DNA of 64,000 nt from Vulcanimicrobiota bacterium (lineage in GTDB: Bacteria > Vulcanimicrobiota > Vulcanimicrobiia > Vulcanimicrobiales > Vulcanimicrobiaceae): positions 32,001-96,000 of the forward strand of contig OY970223.1 of NCBI GenBank assembly GCA_963714015.1, written 5' to 3'. The notes under the pieces are model-generated. The model saw only the letters and a list, made by a program, of their open reading frames with translations. It ran no database searches and was not told where the DNA came from. Both the position numbers and the translations under genes were made by a program. Position 1 is the first letter of the stretch; each line of letters starts with the position of its first letter. Positions 10,368 to 21,101 of this stretch are shown here, piece by piece.

Positions 10368-10731
10368 ATGCGATTTATGGTGCTGGTAAAAGCGAACGAG
10401 CAATCCGAGGCCGGAGTGCTGCCCACGCGCGAGCAGACTGGCGGAAATGGGCAGCTTTAATGAAGAGATGATCAAGGCGGGCGTCATGCTGGCCGGAGAT
10501 GGACTTCATCCGTCCTCCAAGGGCGCGCGGATCGCGTGGTCCGGCGGAAAGCGCACGGTGGTCGACGGACCGTTCGCTGAAACGAAGGAGCTTGTCGCCG
10601 GCTACTGGATCATTCAAGTAAAATCCAAAGAAGAAGCGGTTGAATGGATCTCGCGCGCGCCGTTCGAGCATGCTCAGGTGGAGATCCGCCGGATCTTCGA
10701 GGCCGAAGATTTCGGCGACCTTTTAGCGTAA
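10368..10731 (+). CDS. YciI/DGPF family protein, one-base frameshift near 10438
   Basis: ATG 10368 MRFMVLVKANEQSEAGVLP... joins ...EMGSFNEEMIKAGVMLAGDGLHPSS...VDGPFAETKELVAGYW in another frame. Confidence 0.85.
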
Positions 10732-10736
10732 CGCGC

Positions 10737-12014
10737 ATGACCGGGTCGGAAACACACCGCGCGATCGACGCCGTCTGGCGCATCGAATCCGCAAAAGTGA
10801 TCGCCGCGCTCACGCGAATCGTGCGCGACGTCGGCCTGGCTGAGGACCTCGCGCAAGAGGCGCTGGTCGCGGCACTCGAACGCTGGCCGCGCTCCGGCGT
10901 TCCCGACAACCCCGGCGCTTGGCTTACTGCAGTGGCCAAACTGCGCGCGGTCGACGCGTTCCGGCGCGCCAAGCGGCAAAGCGAGAAGCATCAGGCGATA
11001 GCGCAAAATCTTCAAGCGCTGCAAGCTCTGGAAGAACCCGACTTTGCCGCGGCGCTTGATGAAGACGTGGGCGACGATCTGCTCAGGTTGATGTTCATCG
11101 CGTGCCATCCCGTGCTCGCGGCCGATGCGCGCGTTGCGTTGACGCTTCGGCTGCTGGGCGGCCTTACCACCGAAGAGATCGCCCGGGCGTTTCTGACGTC
11201 GGTGCCCACCGTGGCGCAGCGCATCGTGCGCGCAAAACGCACGCTTTCCGAAGCGCGCGTACCGTTCGAAGTGCCTGCGGGTCCCGATCGCGCAGCGCGG
11301 CTCAGTTCGGTTCTGGAAGTCCTTTATCTGATTTTCAACGAGGGATACTCCGCAACGGCCGGTCAGGATTGGATGCGGCCCGCCCTTTGCGAAGACGCAC
11401 TCCGTTTGGGACGCGTCTTAGCGCAGTTGATGCCGCGCGAACCCGAGGTTCACGGCCTCGTCGCGCTGATGGAAATTCAAGCGTCGCGATCGCGCGCGCG
11501 CGTCGATGCCGGCGGAGCACCCGTCCTGCTCTTCGATCAGGACCGCACGCGCTGGGATCGGATCCTGATCAAACGCGGACTGGACGCGCTCGACCGTGCG
11601 GCCGCATTCGGCAGAGCGCTCGGTCCATACGCTTTGCAAGCCTCCATCGCGGCCTGTCACGCGCGCGCGAGAACCGCGGAGGAAACCGATTGGCACCGCA
11701 TCGTCGCGTTGTACGACGCGCTCGCACAATTGACGCCTTCGCCGATTGTCGACCTGAACCGCGCGGTTGCCGTTTCAATGGCTTTCGGTCCGGCAGCCGC
11801 ATTGGAGATCGTCGAGTCGCTCGCTTCCGAACGCGCCCTGCGGACCTATCATTTGCTGCCCAGCGTCCGCGGCGATCTGCTGCGGCAACTGAGCCGTTTT
11901 GAAGAAGCTCGCGCGGAATTCGAGCGGGCCGCAGAGTTGACGCAGAATGCGCGCGAACGGGCGTTGCTCCTGCGCAGAGCCGAAGACAGCGCTCGACTGG
12001 GGAGGCAAACATGA
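10737..12014 (+). CDS. ECF RNA polymerase sigma factor with C-terminal TPR-like extension (ECF42-like)
   Basis: [11 protein letters not shown]...[35 protein letters not shown]; adjacent to DGPF gene. Confidence 0.88.
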   Translation: MTGSETHRAIDAVWRIESAKVIAALTRIVRDVGLAEDLAQEALVAALERWPRSGVPDNPGAWLTAVAKLRAVDAFRRAKRQSEKHQAIAQNLQALQALEEPDFAAALDEDVGDDLLRLMFIACHPVLAADARVALTLRLLGGLTTEEIARAFLTSVPTVAQRIVRAKRTLSEARVPFEVPAGPDRAARLSSVLEVLYLIFNEGYSATAGQDWMRPALCEDALRLGRVLAQLMPREPEVHGLVALMEIQASRSRARVDAGGAPVLLFDQDRTRWDRILIKRGLDALDRAAAFGRALGPYALQASIAACHARARTAEETDWHRIVALYDALAQLTPSPIVDLNRAVAVSMAFGPAAALEIVESLASERALRTYHLLPSVRGDLLRQLSRFEEARAEFERAAELTQNARERALLLRRAEDSARLGRQT

Positions 12015-13126
12015 GTGAGATACGCGTTCTGGCCGGCACGCGCAAAGGCGCGTTCATCTTGACTTCCGACGGAAAACGCCGCGACTGGAAGGTCGACGGG
12101 CCGCATTTCGGCGGTTGGGAAATTTACCACGTTGCGGGTTCGCCGGTGAATCCCGACCGGATCTATGCTTCCCAAACCAGCTCGTGGTTCGGCCAGGTCA
12201 TGCAGCGATCGGATGACGGCGGCAAGACCTGGCAAGCCGTCGGAAATGACTTTTCGTACGAAGGGACCCCCGGAACGCATCAATGGTACGACGGGACTCC
12301 GCATCCGTGGGAATTTGCGCGCGTATGGCATCTCGAACCGTCGCTGACGGATCCCGACACGGTCTATGCCGGCGTCGAAGACGCGGCCCTTTTCAAATCG
12401 ATCGACGGCGGCCAGACATGGAATGAGCTTTCGGGATTGCGCGGCCACGATTCGGGGCCGTCGTGGCAGCCGGGTGCCGGCGGCATGTGCCTGCATACGA
12501 TCGTGCTCGATCCTAGCAATCCGCAGCGCTTGTACGCCGCAATCTCGGCGGCCGGCGCTTTCCGCAGCGACGACGGCGGCGCGGCGTGGAAACCGATCAA
12601 TCGCGGACTTCGCTCTGCGCAAATTCCCGACGAGGATGCGGAAGTCGGCCACTGCGTTCATCGCATCGCCATGCATCCGCAGCGTCCGGGCGTGCTTTTC
12701 ATGCAGAAGCACTGGGACGTGATGCGAAGCGACGATGCCGGAGAAAACTGGCGCGAGGTGAGCGGAAATCTTCCGTCCGACTTCGGCTTTCCCATCGCGA
12801 TGCATGCGCACGAGCCGGAAACGATCTACGTCGTGCCGATCGAGAGCGACAGCCGCCATTTCCCGCCCGAGGGAAAGTTGCGCGTCTACCGCAGCCGCAC
12901 GGGCGGCGAGGAGTGGGAACCGCTCACGAAAGGTTTGCCGCAACGGGACTGCTACGTCAACGTGCTGCGCGATGCAATGGCCGTCGATTCGTTGGACTCA
13001 TGCGGCATTTATTTCGGTACGACGGGCGGACAAGTGTACGTGTCCGCCGATGCGGGCGAAACCTGGAACGCGATCGTGCGCGATTTGCCGGCGGTACTCT
13101 CAGTCGAAGTGCAGACGCTGCATTGA
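12011..13126 (+). CDS. BNR/Asp-box repeat beta-propeller (sialidase-like) protein
   Basis: Multiple S-x-D-G-G-x-T-W repeats ([35 protein letters not shown]). Confidence 0.88.
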   Translation: MSEIRVLAGTRKGAFILTSDGKRRDWKVDGPHFGGWEIYHVAGSPVNPDRIYASQTSSWFGQVMQRSDDGGKTWQAVGNDFSYEGTPGTHQWYDGTPHPWEFARVWHLEPSLTDPDTVYAGVEDAALFKSIDGGQTWNELSGLRGHDSGPSWQPGAGGMCLHTIVLDPSNPQRLYAAISAAGAFRSDDGGAAWKPINRGLRSAQIPDEDAEVGHCVHRIAMHPQRPGVLFMQKHWDVMRSDDAGENWREVSGNLPSDFGFPIAMHAHEPETIYVVPIESDSRHFPPEGKLRVYRSRTGGEEWEPLTKGLPQRDCYVNVLRDAMAVDSLDSCGIYFGTTGGQVYVSADAGETWNAIVRDLPAVLSVEVQTLH

Positions 13127-13419
13127 TTCGCGTCGTACTGCCTGCCCATCTTCGCGTCCTTGCGCGCGTCGGCGGCGAGATAACGGTAGAAGTTTATGGA
13201 GCAGTCACGCAGCGCTCCGTACTCGACGCAGTGGAAGCGCGTTATCCGGTCTTGTGCGGGACGATTCGCGATCGCGCTACTCAAAAGCGCCGGCCGTACG
13301 TACGTTTCTTTGCGTGCGAACGCGACCTTTCGCACGAGGTGCCCGACGCGCCGCTGCCGGACGCCGTCGCCGGCGGAACGGAACCGCTGCTGATCGTCGG
13401 CGCTATGGCCGGCGGTTAG
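13123..13419 (+). CDS. MoaD/ThiS family ubiquitin-like protein
   Basis: TTG overlapping previous stop; [13 protein letters not shown]...RRPYVRFF...IVGAMAGG with C-terminal GG. Confidence 0.85.
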   Translation: MIRVVLPAHLRVLARVGGEITVEVYGAVTQRSVLDAVEARYPVLCGTIRDRATQKRRPYVRFFACERDLSHEVPDAPLPDAVAGGTEPLLIVGAMAGG

Positions 13420-13433
13420 CGCGACGTCAATCG

Positions 13434-14165
13434 CTAAGGCGCTGATTCGGCGGCGGCCGAAACGCCGCCCATTTCCATGAGACGCTCGCGATGGATCCAT
13501 CGGATTCGCCCGCGCTCGCGCTTCACCGCGCCCTTTTCTTCGAAGACCGCCACTGCGCGCCCGACGACCTCCTTAACCGTGCCGGCCGCCGCGCCGATCT
13601 GGCTCTGAGTCATCAGCGGCAGCGGATCGAGCGCCGGCGAGAGACCGGGACCCGCCGCGAATTCCAGAAGGTACCGCGCAATGCGCTGTTGCGCCGTCAA
13701 ATTCATCTCGGCGAGCAGCGAAGTGGTGCGGCGGACACGCCGGGCCAGCGTCACGGCGAACGCTAGAGCCAGCGTTCCGTGCTGCTTGCAAAGATCGACG
13801 ACTGCGGAACGGTCGACGAGGGCGTAGACGGCCTTTTGGGAGACGACTACGGTTCGGGCCATCTCGGGTGCGCCGTCGAACATGGAGGAAACGCCGAAGA
13901 AATGCCCCGGGTGAGCGTGGTCGTAGAGCCGCTCCTTGTCTTCTTCACCCGGAACCAGCATCGCGATGCTGCCCTCCACCAGAAAGCCCAAGTGTTCCCA
14001 CCGCTCCCCGGCGGCGTAGATCGTCGTGCCTTTGCGGGCTTCCGCGACCGAGGCGAGTTCGGCCAGCTGCTGTAGAACCCGAGCCGGAACCTCGCCGAAG
14101 GCGTTGTTGTCGGCGAGGCTCTTTATTATGAAGTAGCGGGCGGCGTCCGCAGTTTCTTTTCCCAC
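13434..14165 (-). CDS. Crp/Fnr family transcriptional regulator
   Basis: cNMP-binding-like N-terminus (PGHFFG), C-terminal HTH 'MTQSQIGAAAGTVKEVVGR'. Confidence 0.88.
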   Translation of the reverse strand: MGKETADAARYFIIKSLADNNAFGEVPARVLQQLAELASVAEARKGTTIYAAGERWEHLGFLVEGSIAMLVPGEEDKERLYDHAHPGHFFGVSSMFDGAPEMARTVVVSQKAVYALVDRSAVVDLCKQHGTLALAFAVTLARRVRRTTSLLAEMNLTAQQRIARYLLEFAAGPGLSPALDPLPLMTQSQIGAAAGTVKEVVGRAVAVFEEKGAVKRERGRIRWIHRERLMEMGGVSAAAESAP

Positions 14166-14339
14166 GCGCGCCGCTTCGCTCCGTGCCGTGCCGAGTCAGA
14201 CTCCTCCCTCTAATGCGAGGGCAATTCCGGTACCAAGTCGGCATAGTAATAAAGCCTCACTAAAAAACCCGCCAAATGTCACTCAGAGCAACGTAGCGTC
14301 CCCATGTAAAGTGAACTCAGTCGCTCTTTTTCGTAGGGG

Positions 14340-15140
14340 ATGGCATTAAAAATGACGACGTTCGTCGAGTTAGTATTGGCGGGGCTGGTAATAGGGACAT
14401 TCACGGGCCTTTCCGGCGTAGGAGGCGGCTCGATCATGACGCCGGTGTTGATGCTGCTCCTCGGAGTGAATCCCTTGGTCGCCGTGGGGACCGACCTATT
14501 GTATAGCGTGCCGACAAAAATCTTGGGAGCCGTGGTCCACGCCAAGCAGCGGACTATGGACTGGAGCGCCGCCCGCGGGCTCCTTCTGGGCGGCATTCCC
14601 GGCGTGATTGCCGGCCTCATCGCCCTCTATGCGCTGCGGCACAGCGTCGACGCGCAGCTATTGAACGCCATCGTCAAACGCGCCGTCGGCATCGCGCTCA
14701 TCGTCTCCGCGATCGCACTCGTTTACGGCGCGATCATGTATCGAAAGGCCGACACGCCGGCCGAAGGAGATTCGAGCGATCTAATCCGCCGTCGCACCCC
14801 GGCGCTGGCCGCCTCCGGCGCACTGGTCGGGTTCTTCGTCGCGTTGACTTCGATTGGTTCGGGAGCGATCACGATGCCGCTGCTTCTCCTCATCGTTCCT
14901 TTAATAGGGTTGCGCCGGCTCGTCGGAACCGATATCGCTTTTGCGGCATTCCTGATTCCGGTAGCGGCATTCGGCCATATTACGCTCGGCGACGTCAATT
15001 ACCGCGTAGCACTCTCGCTGCTGATCGGCTCGCTTCCCGGCGTGTTCATCGGGAGCCGCCTATGCAGAAATCTTTCGGAGATTTGGCTTCGTCCGGCCGT
15101 TGCCATGGTCTTAGTTATCGCCGGATCGAGGTTAATCTAG
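14340..15140 (+). CDS. Sulfite exporter TauE/SafE family membrane protein
   Basis: GLSGVGGGSIMTP.L, AVGTDL, TSIGSG, LVGTDIA, LLIGSLPGV.IGS. Confidence 0.9.
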   Translation: MALKMTTFVELVLAGLVIGTFTGLSGVGGGSIMTPVLMLLLGVNPLVAVGTDLLYSVPTKILGAVVHAKQRTMDWSAARGLLLGGIPGVIAGLIALYALRHSVDAQLLNAIVKRAVGIALIVSAIALVYGAIMYRKADTPAEGDSSDLIRRRTPALAASGALVGFFVALTSIGSGAITMPLLLLIVPLIGLRRLVGTDIAFAAFLIPVAAFGHITLGDVNYRVALSLLIGSLPGVFIGSRLCRNLSEIWLRPAVAMVLVIAGSRLI

Positions 15141-15141
15141 C

Positions 15142-16762
15142 GTGAATCGGTCAGCGGCGCTCGCCGCCTTTCTCGTCATTCTCTTCACTGGTACTGCGCT
15201 CGCTGAATCGTCCAAAAATCCACAAATCGTAGCCCAAGCAAATCCTACGCCGGCACCGACCGCTCATCCGCTGACATTGGGCGGATACTTCCGCGGATAC
15301 TATTTCGCGCGTACGAATGCTTCTCCGCAATACGGACTTCCGCAGTCGACCGGCGTGGTCAATCAAGCGACGTTCAACGCTGCGCTGGCGCTGCACGCCG
15401 CGTACAACGTGGACAACTGGACCGTTGCCGGCACCTATCTGTACGCTAATCCGCTCGACAACTGTACGACCGCGGCCGATCAGGTTGAAAGCGGTGGTCC
15501 GTGCAGCGGGAAAACCGCAACGTACAAATCGGGCGGCGTCGAGCTATCCGTACAGTCCGGTGCCTACCAATCCGGACAACACGCTGCCGGGGTTTCAACT
15601 CAGCACTTTGTATGAAGCGTACCTGCAGTACAAGGACGCGACGCTCTACGGAAAGATTGGCGATCAGCTGCTGAACACGCCGTGGGCCAACAGCTCGGAC
15701 ACGCGCCTAAAGCCGGAAGCGTATCAGGGTGGCGATTTCTCGTACAAAGTCAATCGCGGCTGGACGGTGGAAGCGGCGTATATCGATCGCTTCGAGAGCC
15801 GCGTGGATTCAGCGTTCGTGAATTCGACGCTGCTGACCGCGACCAATCAAGCCGACGCACCCGGCCCCGGCGCAAACTTGCTGATTCCTAAATACTCCGC
15901 CGTTACGACGAACGGCTTTGCGTACGGGCGCCTCGGATTTAGTTCGGGACCGTTGGCGGCCAATCTGCACGTCTACGATTTTCTGAACATTGCCGACGTC
16001 GAGTGGCTCGATGCCAAATACTCGCCGGCTGCCGAAACTGCTTACAAACCCTACGTCGCATTTCAAGCCGGCAACGAAGCCAATGCGGGCTCCGGCGTTC
16101 TAGGCAAGATCAACAGTCAAGTCGTGGGCCTTCAGGGCGGCGCGACGGTCGCTCAGAATCTCGACGTGACGCTGGGCTTCGATTTCATCCCGCAGAAGAG
16201 CGATACGCTCGCGCTTCCCGCAGGTATCGCGTGCGCTGCGGTGCCGGCGCAGCCTCCGGTCAAGGCGCCGGCGGGCAATCAGATCGTCGTAACGAACCGA
16301 ACTCCGCTGATGTACTTCCTGCCTACGGGCGGCACCCCGGACTGCATCGACAATGCCAACGGCACGACGACTGTGTATTATGGGGGCTGGGCCAGTCCGT
16401 ACACCGATTCGTATACGAGCGATCCGCTGTTCACCACGAGCATGACTGCCGGTATGATCGAGCGGCGCAGTTCCGGCACCTCAGGTAAGATAGCTGCGAC
16501 GTGGTGGGGCGACAACAAGCAAATTCGCTTGATCACCAGCTTCGCGCTGTACGCGTACGGCAACAACACGACGGGCGTCGCCCCTTCACACGAAGTCGAT
16601 ATCGACGGTACGTATTTCTTCAACCGCGTTACGAAGAACGGTCCGTACAAGGGGCTGCTCCTGCGCCACCGGTACGGCGATCGCGACAACACGTTCGTGC
16701 AGTACTACGGCGGCCTTCCGGTCTTCAAGTACAACCGCACGCAGCTGGAGTACGACTTCTAA
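15142..16762 (+). CDS. Outer-membrane beta-barrel (porin-like) protein, frameshifted near 15540
   Basis: Signal peptide in 15142 frame; barrel-like body (LYEAYLQY, KIGDQLLNTPWAN.SD.RL.P) and C-terminal 'RTQLEYDF' in second frame. Confidence 0.65.
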
Positions 16763-18444
16763 GTCGTAGCGTAAGAGTCGAAGAGTTCGCGATGACAGGT
16801 CACGGGCAGCGTCACGCTGATGTGACTGCCCAGACCAGGCACCCGTTCGACTTCGACATCGCGCGCGAGCATCGAAACCAAGTAAAGGCCCCGGCCGGAC
16901 TCGGCCCACAGATCCTTGGGCAGCGCCGGCTTGTACGAGAAGCCCGGCCCCTTGTCGATGACGTGCAGCATCGCATCCGTTCCGCGAAGCTGCAGTGATA
17001 CGCTCAGCGGCCCGGGAGCGTGCCGCACGGCGTTCCCGATCAATTCGGCGAAGATGACGCCGCAAATCGACATCGTCTCTGCGTCGATCGGACAAAACTG
17101 ACGCAGGCGCGTAAAGAACTCGTCGCGCAGGGTATACGCGGCCCTCGCATCCGCCGCTTCGAATTGCCAGCGCATCTGCGCGCGCTTGAAATTGAAGACG
17201 ATGATTGCGATATCGTCGCGCGGCGCCTCGTAGGCGATCGCGCGTTCGATGAACTCGGCCGGATTCACCGAGTAGAGTACGGCCTCCGAAGCCAGCACCC
17301 GCTCGAGCATCGCCTCTCCGGCAACCACGTCCCGAGTGATTTCGATGACGCCGTCCGTGTACAGGACCAGCATGCTCTCGTCGAGGAATGTTTCGGAATG
17401 CTCCTCGAACTGAGCGTCGCGGAACGCGCCAAGGGGCGGTGAAGGTGCTTCCAGTTTGCGCACGCGCCCGCCCGGCAGCCGAAACATGGGCGGTGCATGG
17501 CCAGCGGAAACGTACCGAAGGCAACGCGTCCGCGGATCCAATATGCCGATGAAAGCGCTCGCCAGCCGTTCGCCGTGCTCGTTCAGCAGCAGCCGATTGC
17601 AGACGTCGGCAATCTTCCGCGGATCGCGCGCGTCGAGCGCCGCGACGCGGATCGCTTGACGCATCAATACCATCAAACGCGCAGCCTCGACGCCCTTACC
17701 GGTGACGTCGCCGATCGTGAGGACGATCTCGCCGGCATCGTTCTCGAAAGCGTCGTACCAGTCGCCGCCGATGTCCGCCTCGGTGGAACCGGGACGATAA
17801 TGCGCGCTGATTTCAATCCCCTCGCAGACCGGAAAGCGCCGCGGCAAAAACGAGCGCTGCAGCGTTTCAGCGACGTACTGCTCGCGATGAAACTGCTTGG
17901 CATTGGCTACCGCCAATCCGGCGCGGCGTCCGAGTTCGAGCGCGAAAAGCAGGTCCGCTTGATCGAACTCGCGGTTTGAGCTGGTGCGGACGAACGTCAG
18001 CGCACCGAAGATGTGATTTTGCGCGACAACGGGCACGACGATCTTCGAGCGATATCCGAAGCGGCGCATGTACTGTTCGTGCTGCCGGCTTGCGGCATGT
18101 GCTGCGATCGCCTCTTCGTCGATGTGTGGAAGGAAAAAGGGCCGGCCCGTGCGTGTCACCTGCACGACGGGATGGACGCCGAACTCTTCGACGTAGAGGA
18201 TCGTTGATACCGTCGCAAGCGCTTCTTCTTTGCGCGGATCGCGATGCGCCGAAGCGGTCACGAAGAGACGCTCGGATCGCTCGTCGATAAGGTCGAAAAG
18301 ACAGATCTCGGCGAATGTTTCGACGGCGAGGCGCGCGACGTTGTCTAAAGTGGCGGTAACGTCAAGAGACCGGTGAAAAATCTCACCGGACCTTACGAGA
18401 AGATCGAGCCGCTCTTGATCGCGGTTCTCGACGACAGTCGCCAA
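16759..18444 (-). CDS. GAF + SpoIIE/PP2C phosphatase + RsbW-like HATPase fusion
   Basis: GGAGG RBS then TTG at 18444; IGGDWYD, IGDVTGKG, SAGHAPP, LYTDGV, RDDIA; ELIGNAVRHA, D.GPG, ESGRGL. Confidence 0.88.
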   Translation of the reverse strand: MATVVENRDQERLDLLVRSGEIFHRSLDVTATLDNVARLAVETFAEICLFDLIDERSERLFVTASAHRDPRKEEALATVSTILYVEEFGVHPVVQVTRTGRPFFLPHIDEEAIAAHAASRQHEQYMRRFGYRSKIVVPVVAQNHIFGALTFVRTSSNREFDQADLLFALELGRRAGLAVANAKQFHREQYVAETLQRSFLPRRFPVCEGIEISAHYRPGSTEADIGGDWYDAFENDAGEIVLTIGDVTGKGVEAARLMVLMRQAIRVAALDARDPRKIADVCNRLLLNEHGERLASAFIGILDPRTRCLRYVSAGHAPPMFRLPGGRVRKLEAPSPPLGAFRDAQFEEHSETFLDESMLVLYTDGVIEITRDVVAGEAMLERVLASEAVLYSVNPAEFIERAIAYEAPRDDIAIIVFNFKRAQMRWQFEAADARAAYTLRDEFFTRLRQFCPIDAETMSICGVIFAELIGNAVRHAPGPLSVSLQLRGTDAMLHVIDKGPGFSYKPALPKDLWAESGRGLYLVSMLARDVEVERVPGLGSHISVTLPVTCHRELFDSYATT

Positions 18445-18460
18445 ACCAGGTCCTCCCGGC

Positions 18461-19963
18461 TTGCTATTCCCAGCGCCGAAGGAAGTTACACGTGCGAGGA
18501 CTGTATTGAACGATACCGGCTCAATAGGAGGCCTTGACGTAGCACATCTGCTCGCCACCCTTCGCATCGACCCGGCAAGGCGAGGGATAGTCGCCGTCGC
18601 CGGTATCGCCGTGTGCTTCGCGGCGGTGCTCACCTGGCTGGGCTTGTGGCGATATGCGATTTACCGTGCCGGCGTCGACACCGGCATTTTTACCCAAGTC
18701 GTCCTCTCGCTCGGATCGTGCTTTTGTGCCACGGCTGAAGGCGGCGTGAATCACCTGCGCGTGCACTGGTCGCCGATTATCGGCGTTGCATACCCTTTCG
18801 CGAAGTTTCTGGGCGGCGCTCCGGGTCTTATCGTCGTTCAAGCGGGCGCGATTGGCGCTACCGCGTTCCCGCTCTATTTTCTCGCGCGTTTGTATTGCGG
18901 CTCGCTGATGTCCGCGGCGTTGACGTGCCTTGCGATGCTGTACCCTGTGCTGTGTGCTCAGGCGTTCACGGATTTTCATGAAAATGCGTTCGTGCCCGCG
19001 CTGAGCGCTATGCTTGCGCTCGCGGTCGCCGCGCATCGTTGGCGACTCCGTGCGATCGCCGTAATAGCGCTGCTGCTGGTCAAAGAGGATCAGTTTGTGC
19101 AGCTGGCGGGCGTCGGAGCAATCATTGCGCTGATGGGCCGGCGCGATTCAAAGCAGCGCACTTTCGGTGCGTGGGTTTTCGTGGCGGCGATTGCCTGTGG
19201 ATTTGTGTATTTTGGATTCGTGCGGCAAGCCCTTGGGGCGGCAACCCCCTATGGACCGCTGCGCTGGTACCTGTGGAATCCGAGTTTAAGCGGCATGGCC
19301 GGTTTCTACGGAATCACATTGCCCGCACGAGTTTACTACCTCTTTTGGGCGCTGTTGCCGCTGCTGTTTCTGCCGCTCGGCTCGCGGCTGTTTTTGCTTG
19401 CGATTCCAGGTTTATTGGAAGTCCTGCTCTCGCACGAGCACATCACGATGGCGTACGATACGCATTACTCCATGATTTGGTCGGGGTACGTTCTTGCAGC
19501 GTTTACAGCGACGGCCGCGCGGATCGTTGCGGCGCGTCCAGTCGCGGGCGGCCTCACTTCTGTATGCGTTGCGGCGGCATGCGTCGGCGTGCTCGCCTTT
19601 CGCGATCCGATGTCGCGCTGGTATTACCTCTACCGGACACCCGATGCGAACGATGCTTTGCTTGGGCGTATAAGCGCTTCCATTCCGCCGGCTTCGGCGA
19701 TTGGCGGAACCGACGTCATTTACGCGCACTTGGCCACGCGGCCGAATGCGATGCCCAGTTTGCGCAGCGACTTTGTCGCCGATTATTACATCGCCGATCC
19801 TGCGCTCGGAGATCCGACCTGGGACGATCGCGACAAAGGGCTGCTCCAGGCCGCCGTACGCAAGGGAACGTATCGAATCTTAATGCGACGCGGAGGAGTC
19901 ATTTTGGCACAGAAGGCCATTCACGATGCACCCTTCCGGCAGAAACATCGGAATGCCGGCTGA
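18461..19963 (+). CDS. DUF2079-like multi-pass membrane protein (GT-C-like); start uncertain
   Basis: DTGIFTQ, HWSPI, DFHENAF, LLVKED, HYS motifs; many TM segments. Confidence 0.75.
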   Translation: MLFPAPKEVTRARTVLNDTGSIGGLDVAHLLATLRIDPARRGIVAVAGIAVCFAAVLTWLGLWRYAIYRAGVDTGIFTQVVLSLGSCFCATAEGGVNHLRVHWSPIIGVAYPFAKFLGGAPGLIVVQAGAIGATAFPLYFLARLYCGSLMSAALTCLAMLYPVLCAQAFTDFHENAFVPALSAMLALAVAAHRWRLRAIAVIALLLVKEDQFVQLAGVGAIIALMGRRDSKQRTFGAWVFVAAIACGFVYFGFVRQALGAATPYGPLRWYLWNPSLSGMAGFYGITLPARVYYLFWALLPLLFLPLGSRLFLLAIPGLLEVLLSHEHITMAYDTHYSMIWSGYVLAAFTATAARIVAARPVAGGLTSVCVAAACVGVLAFRDPMSRWYYLYRTPDANDALLGRISASIPPASAIGGTDVIYAHLATRPNAMPSLRSDFVADYYIADPALGDPTWDDRDKGLLQAAVRKGTYRILMRRGGVILAQKAIHDAPFRQKHRNAG

Positions 19964-20073
19964 AACGGCCCAGAATGGCAGTTTGGTCGCGCCTTCTTCG
20001 TAGGGGCGCGCTCGCTTTGGCCTAAGGTTGCCTCTTTAGATCTTTGCAACGTTTGGAAAGGGGACTTCATCCA

Positions 20074-21100
20074 ATGGTTCGCGGTTTACGTAGAGCGGGG
20101 GCAGGGTTACTCGGCCTAGGGTTTTTGATGACGGCGTGCAGCGGCGGCGGAGGAAGCAGTTCGTCGCAGATTCTTCCGCAGCGCGTTGCGCAAAGGAGTG
20201 CAGCGGTGAGTTCACTTCAAGACGAAGTGAACGCCGCAAACGGATTTCCGTCGGTTTCGCTGCATGCCGCTCTGGGGTTGCGCATGGGCGAAAACAATGC
20301 GGCCGGCGGAGCGGCCCCGGCGTCCAATCTGATCTATTCGGGCGATTTCAACAACAACGACATCACATATTTTTCGGCTAAGGGGATCAATCCGCCGCCG
20401 CTCGGACAGATCACCAACGGTCTGGACAATCCCGAACGGCTTTTCGTGGACAAAAAACTGAACGTGTACGCAACGAATCTCGGAAATTCGACGATCGTCA
20501 AATACGGTCCCGAGGGACCGTCGCCGAAGTTGACCATATCCAACGGCGTGAGCAATCCGACGGGATTAACGGTCAATGCCAACGGTACCATCTTTTGCGC
20601 CAACGTCGGAAACGACACCATTACGGAATATCCCGAAGGCAAAACCTCGCCTTCCATAACGATCAACTTGGGCTCTAATGCAGCGGAGTATCTTTCGATC
20701 GGCCCCAAGGGCGATCTGTTTGCCTCGCTCTTGGGCGGAAACGTCATGCGGTTCAAGCCGGGATCCAAGCAGGGAACGTTACTGAACCTGCAAGTCGGCA
20801 GCGCGGGCGCCATCGAACTGGACAAGGCCGGAAACATTCTGCTGATCGATGCGAATGCATCGACGCTCGACATCTTTCCGCCGGGCCAAAAGAAGCCTTC
20901 CAAGACGTTCCCGATCGGCGGATTCCCGTTCTCGCTTGCAATGAACGGCGCGGAGACGGAACTTTACGTCAGCGAAATCGTTGGAAGCAGACTGGGTAAT
21001 CCAGCAGCTCGCGTATCCGAACGGCAAAGCGTTCACGAACAAAATGACATCCAACGTGAACGGCTGGCCGATTGCCGCAAGCCCGGATAACGTGCTGTAA
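20074..21100 (+). CDS. Secreted NHL-like beta-propeller lipoprotein, frameshift near 20990
   Basis: Lipobox MTAC-SGGG; repeats 'I.NG..NP..L.V...'; alternative frame gives plausible end 'QLAYPNG...IAASPDNVL*' at 21100. Confidence 0.65.
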
Positions 21101-21101
21101 C

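Noticed and set aside
12586..13122. 277-aa ORF extending MoaD
   Set aside because: Overlaps the BNR gene out of frame; MoaD similarity starts at 13123
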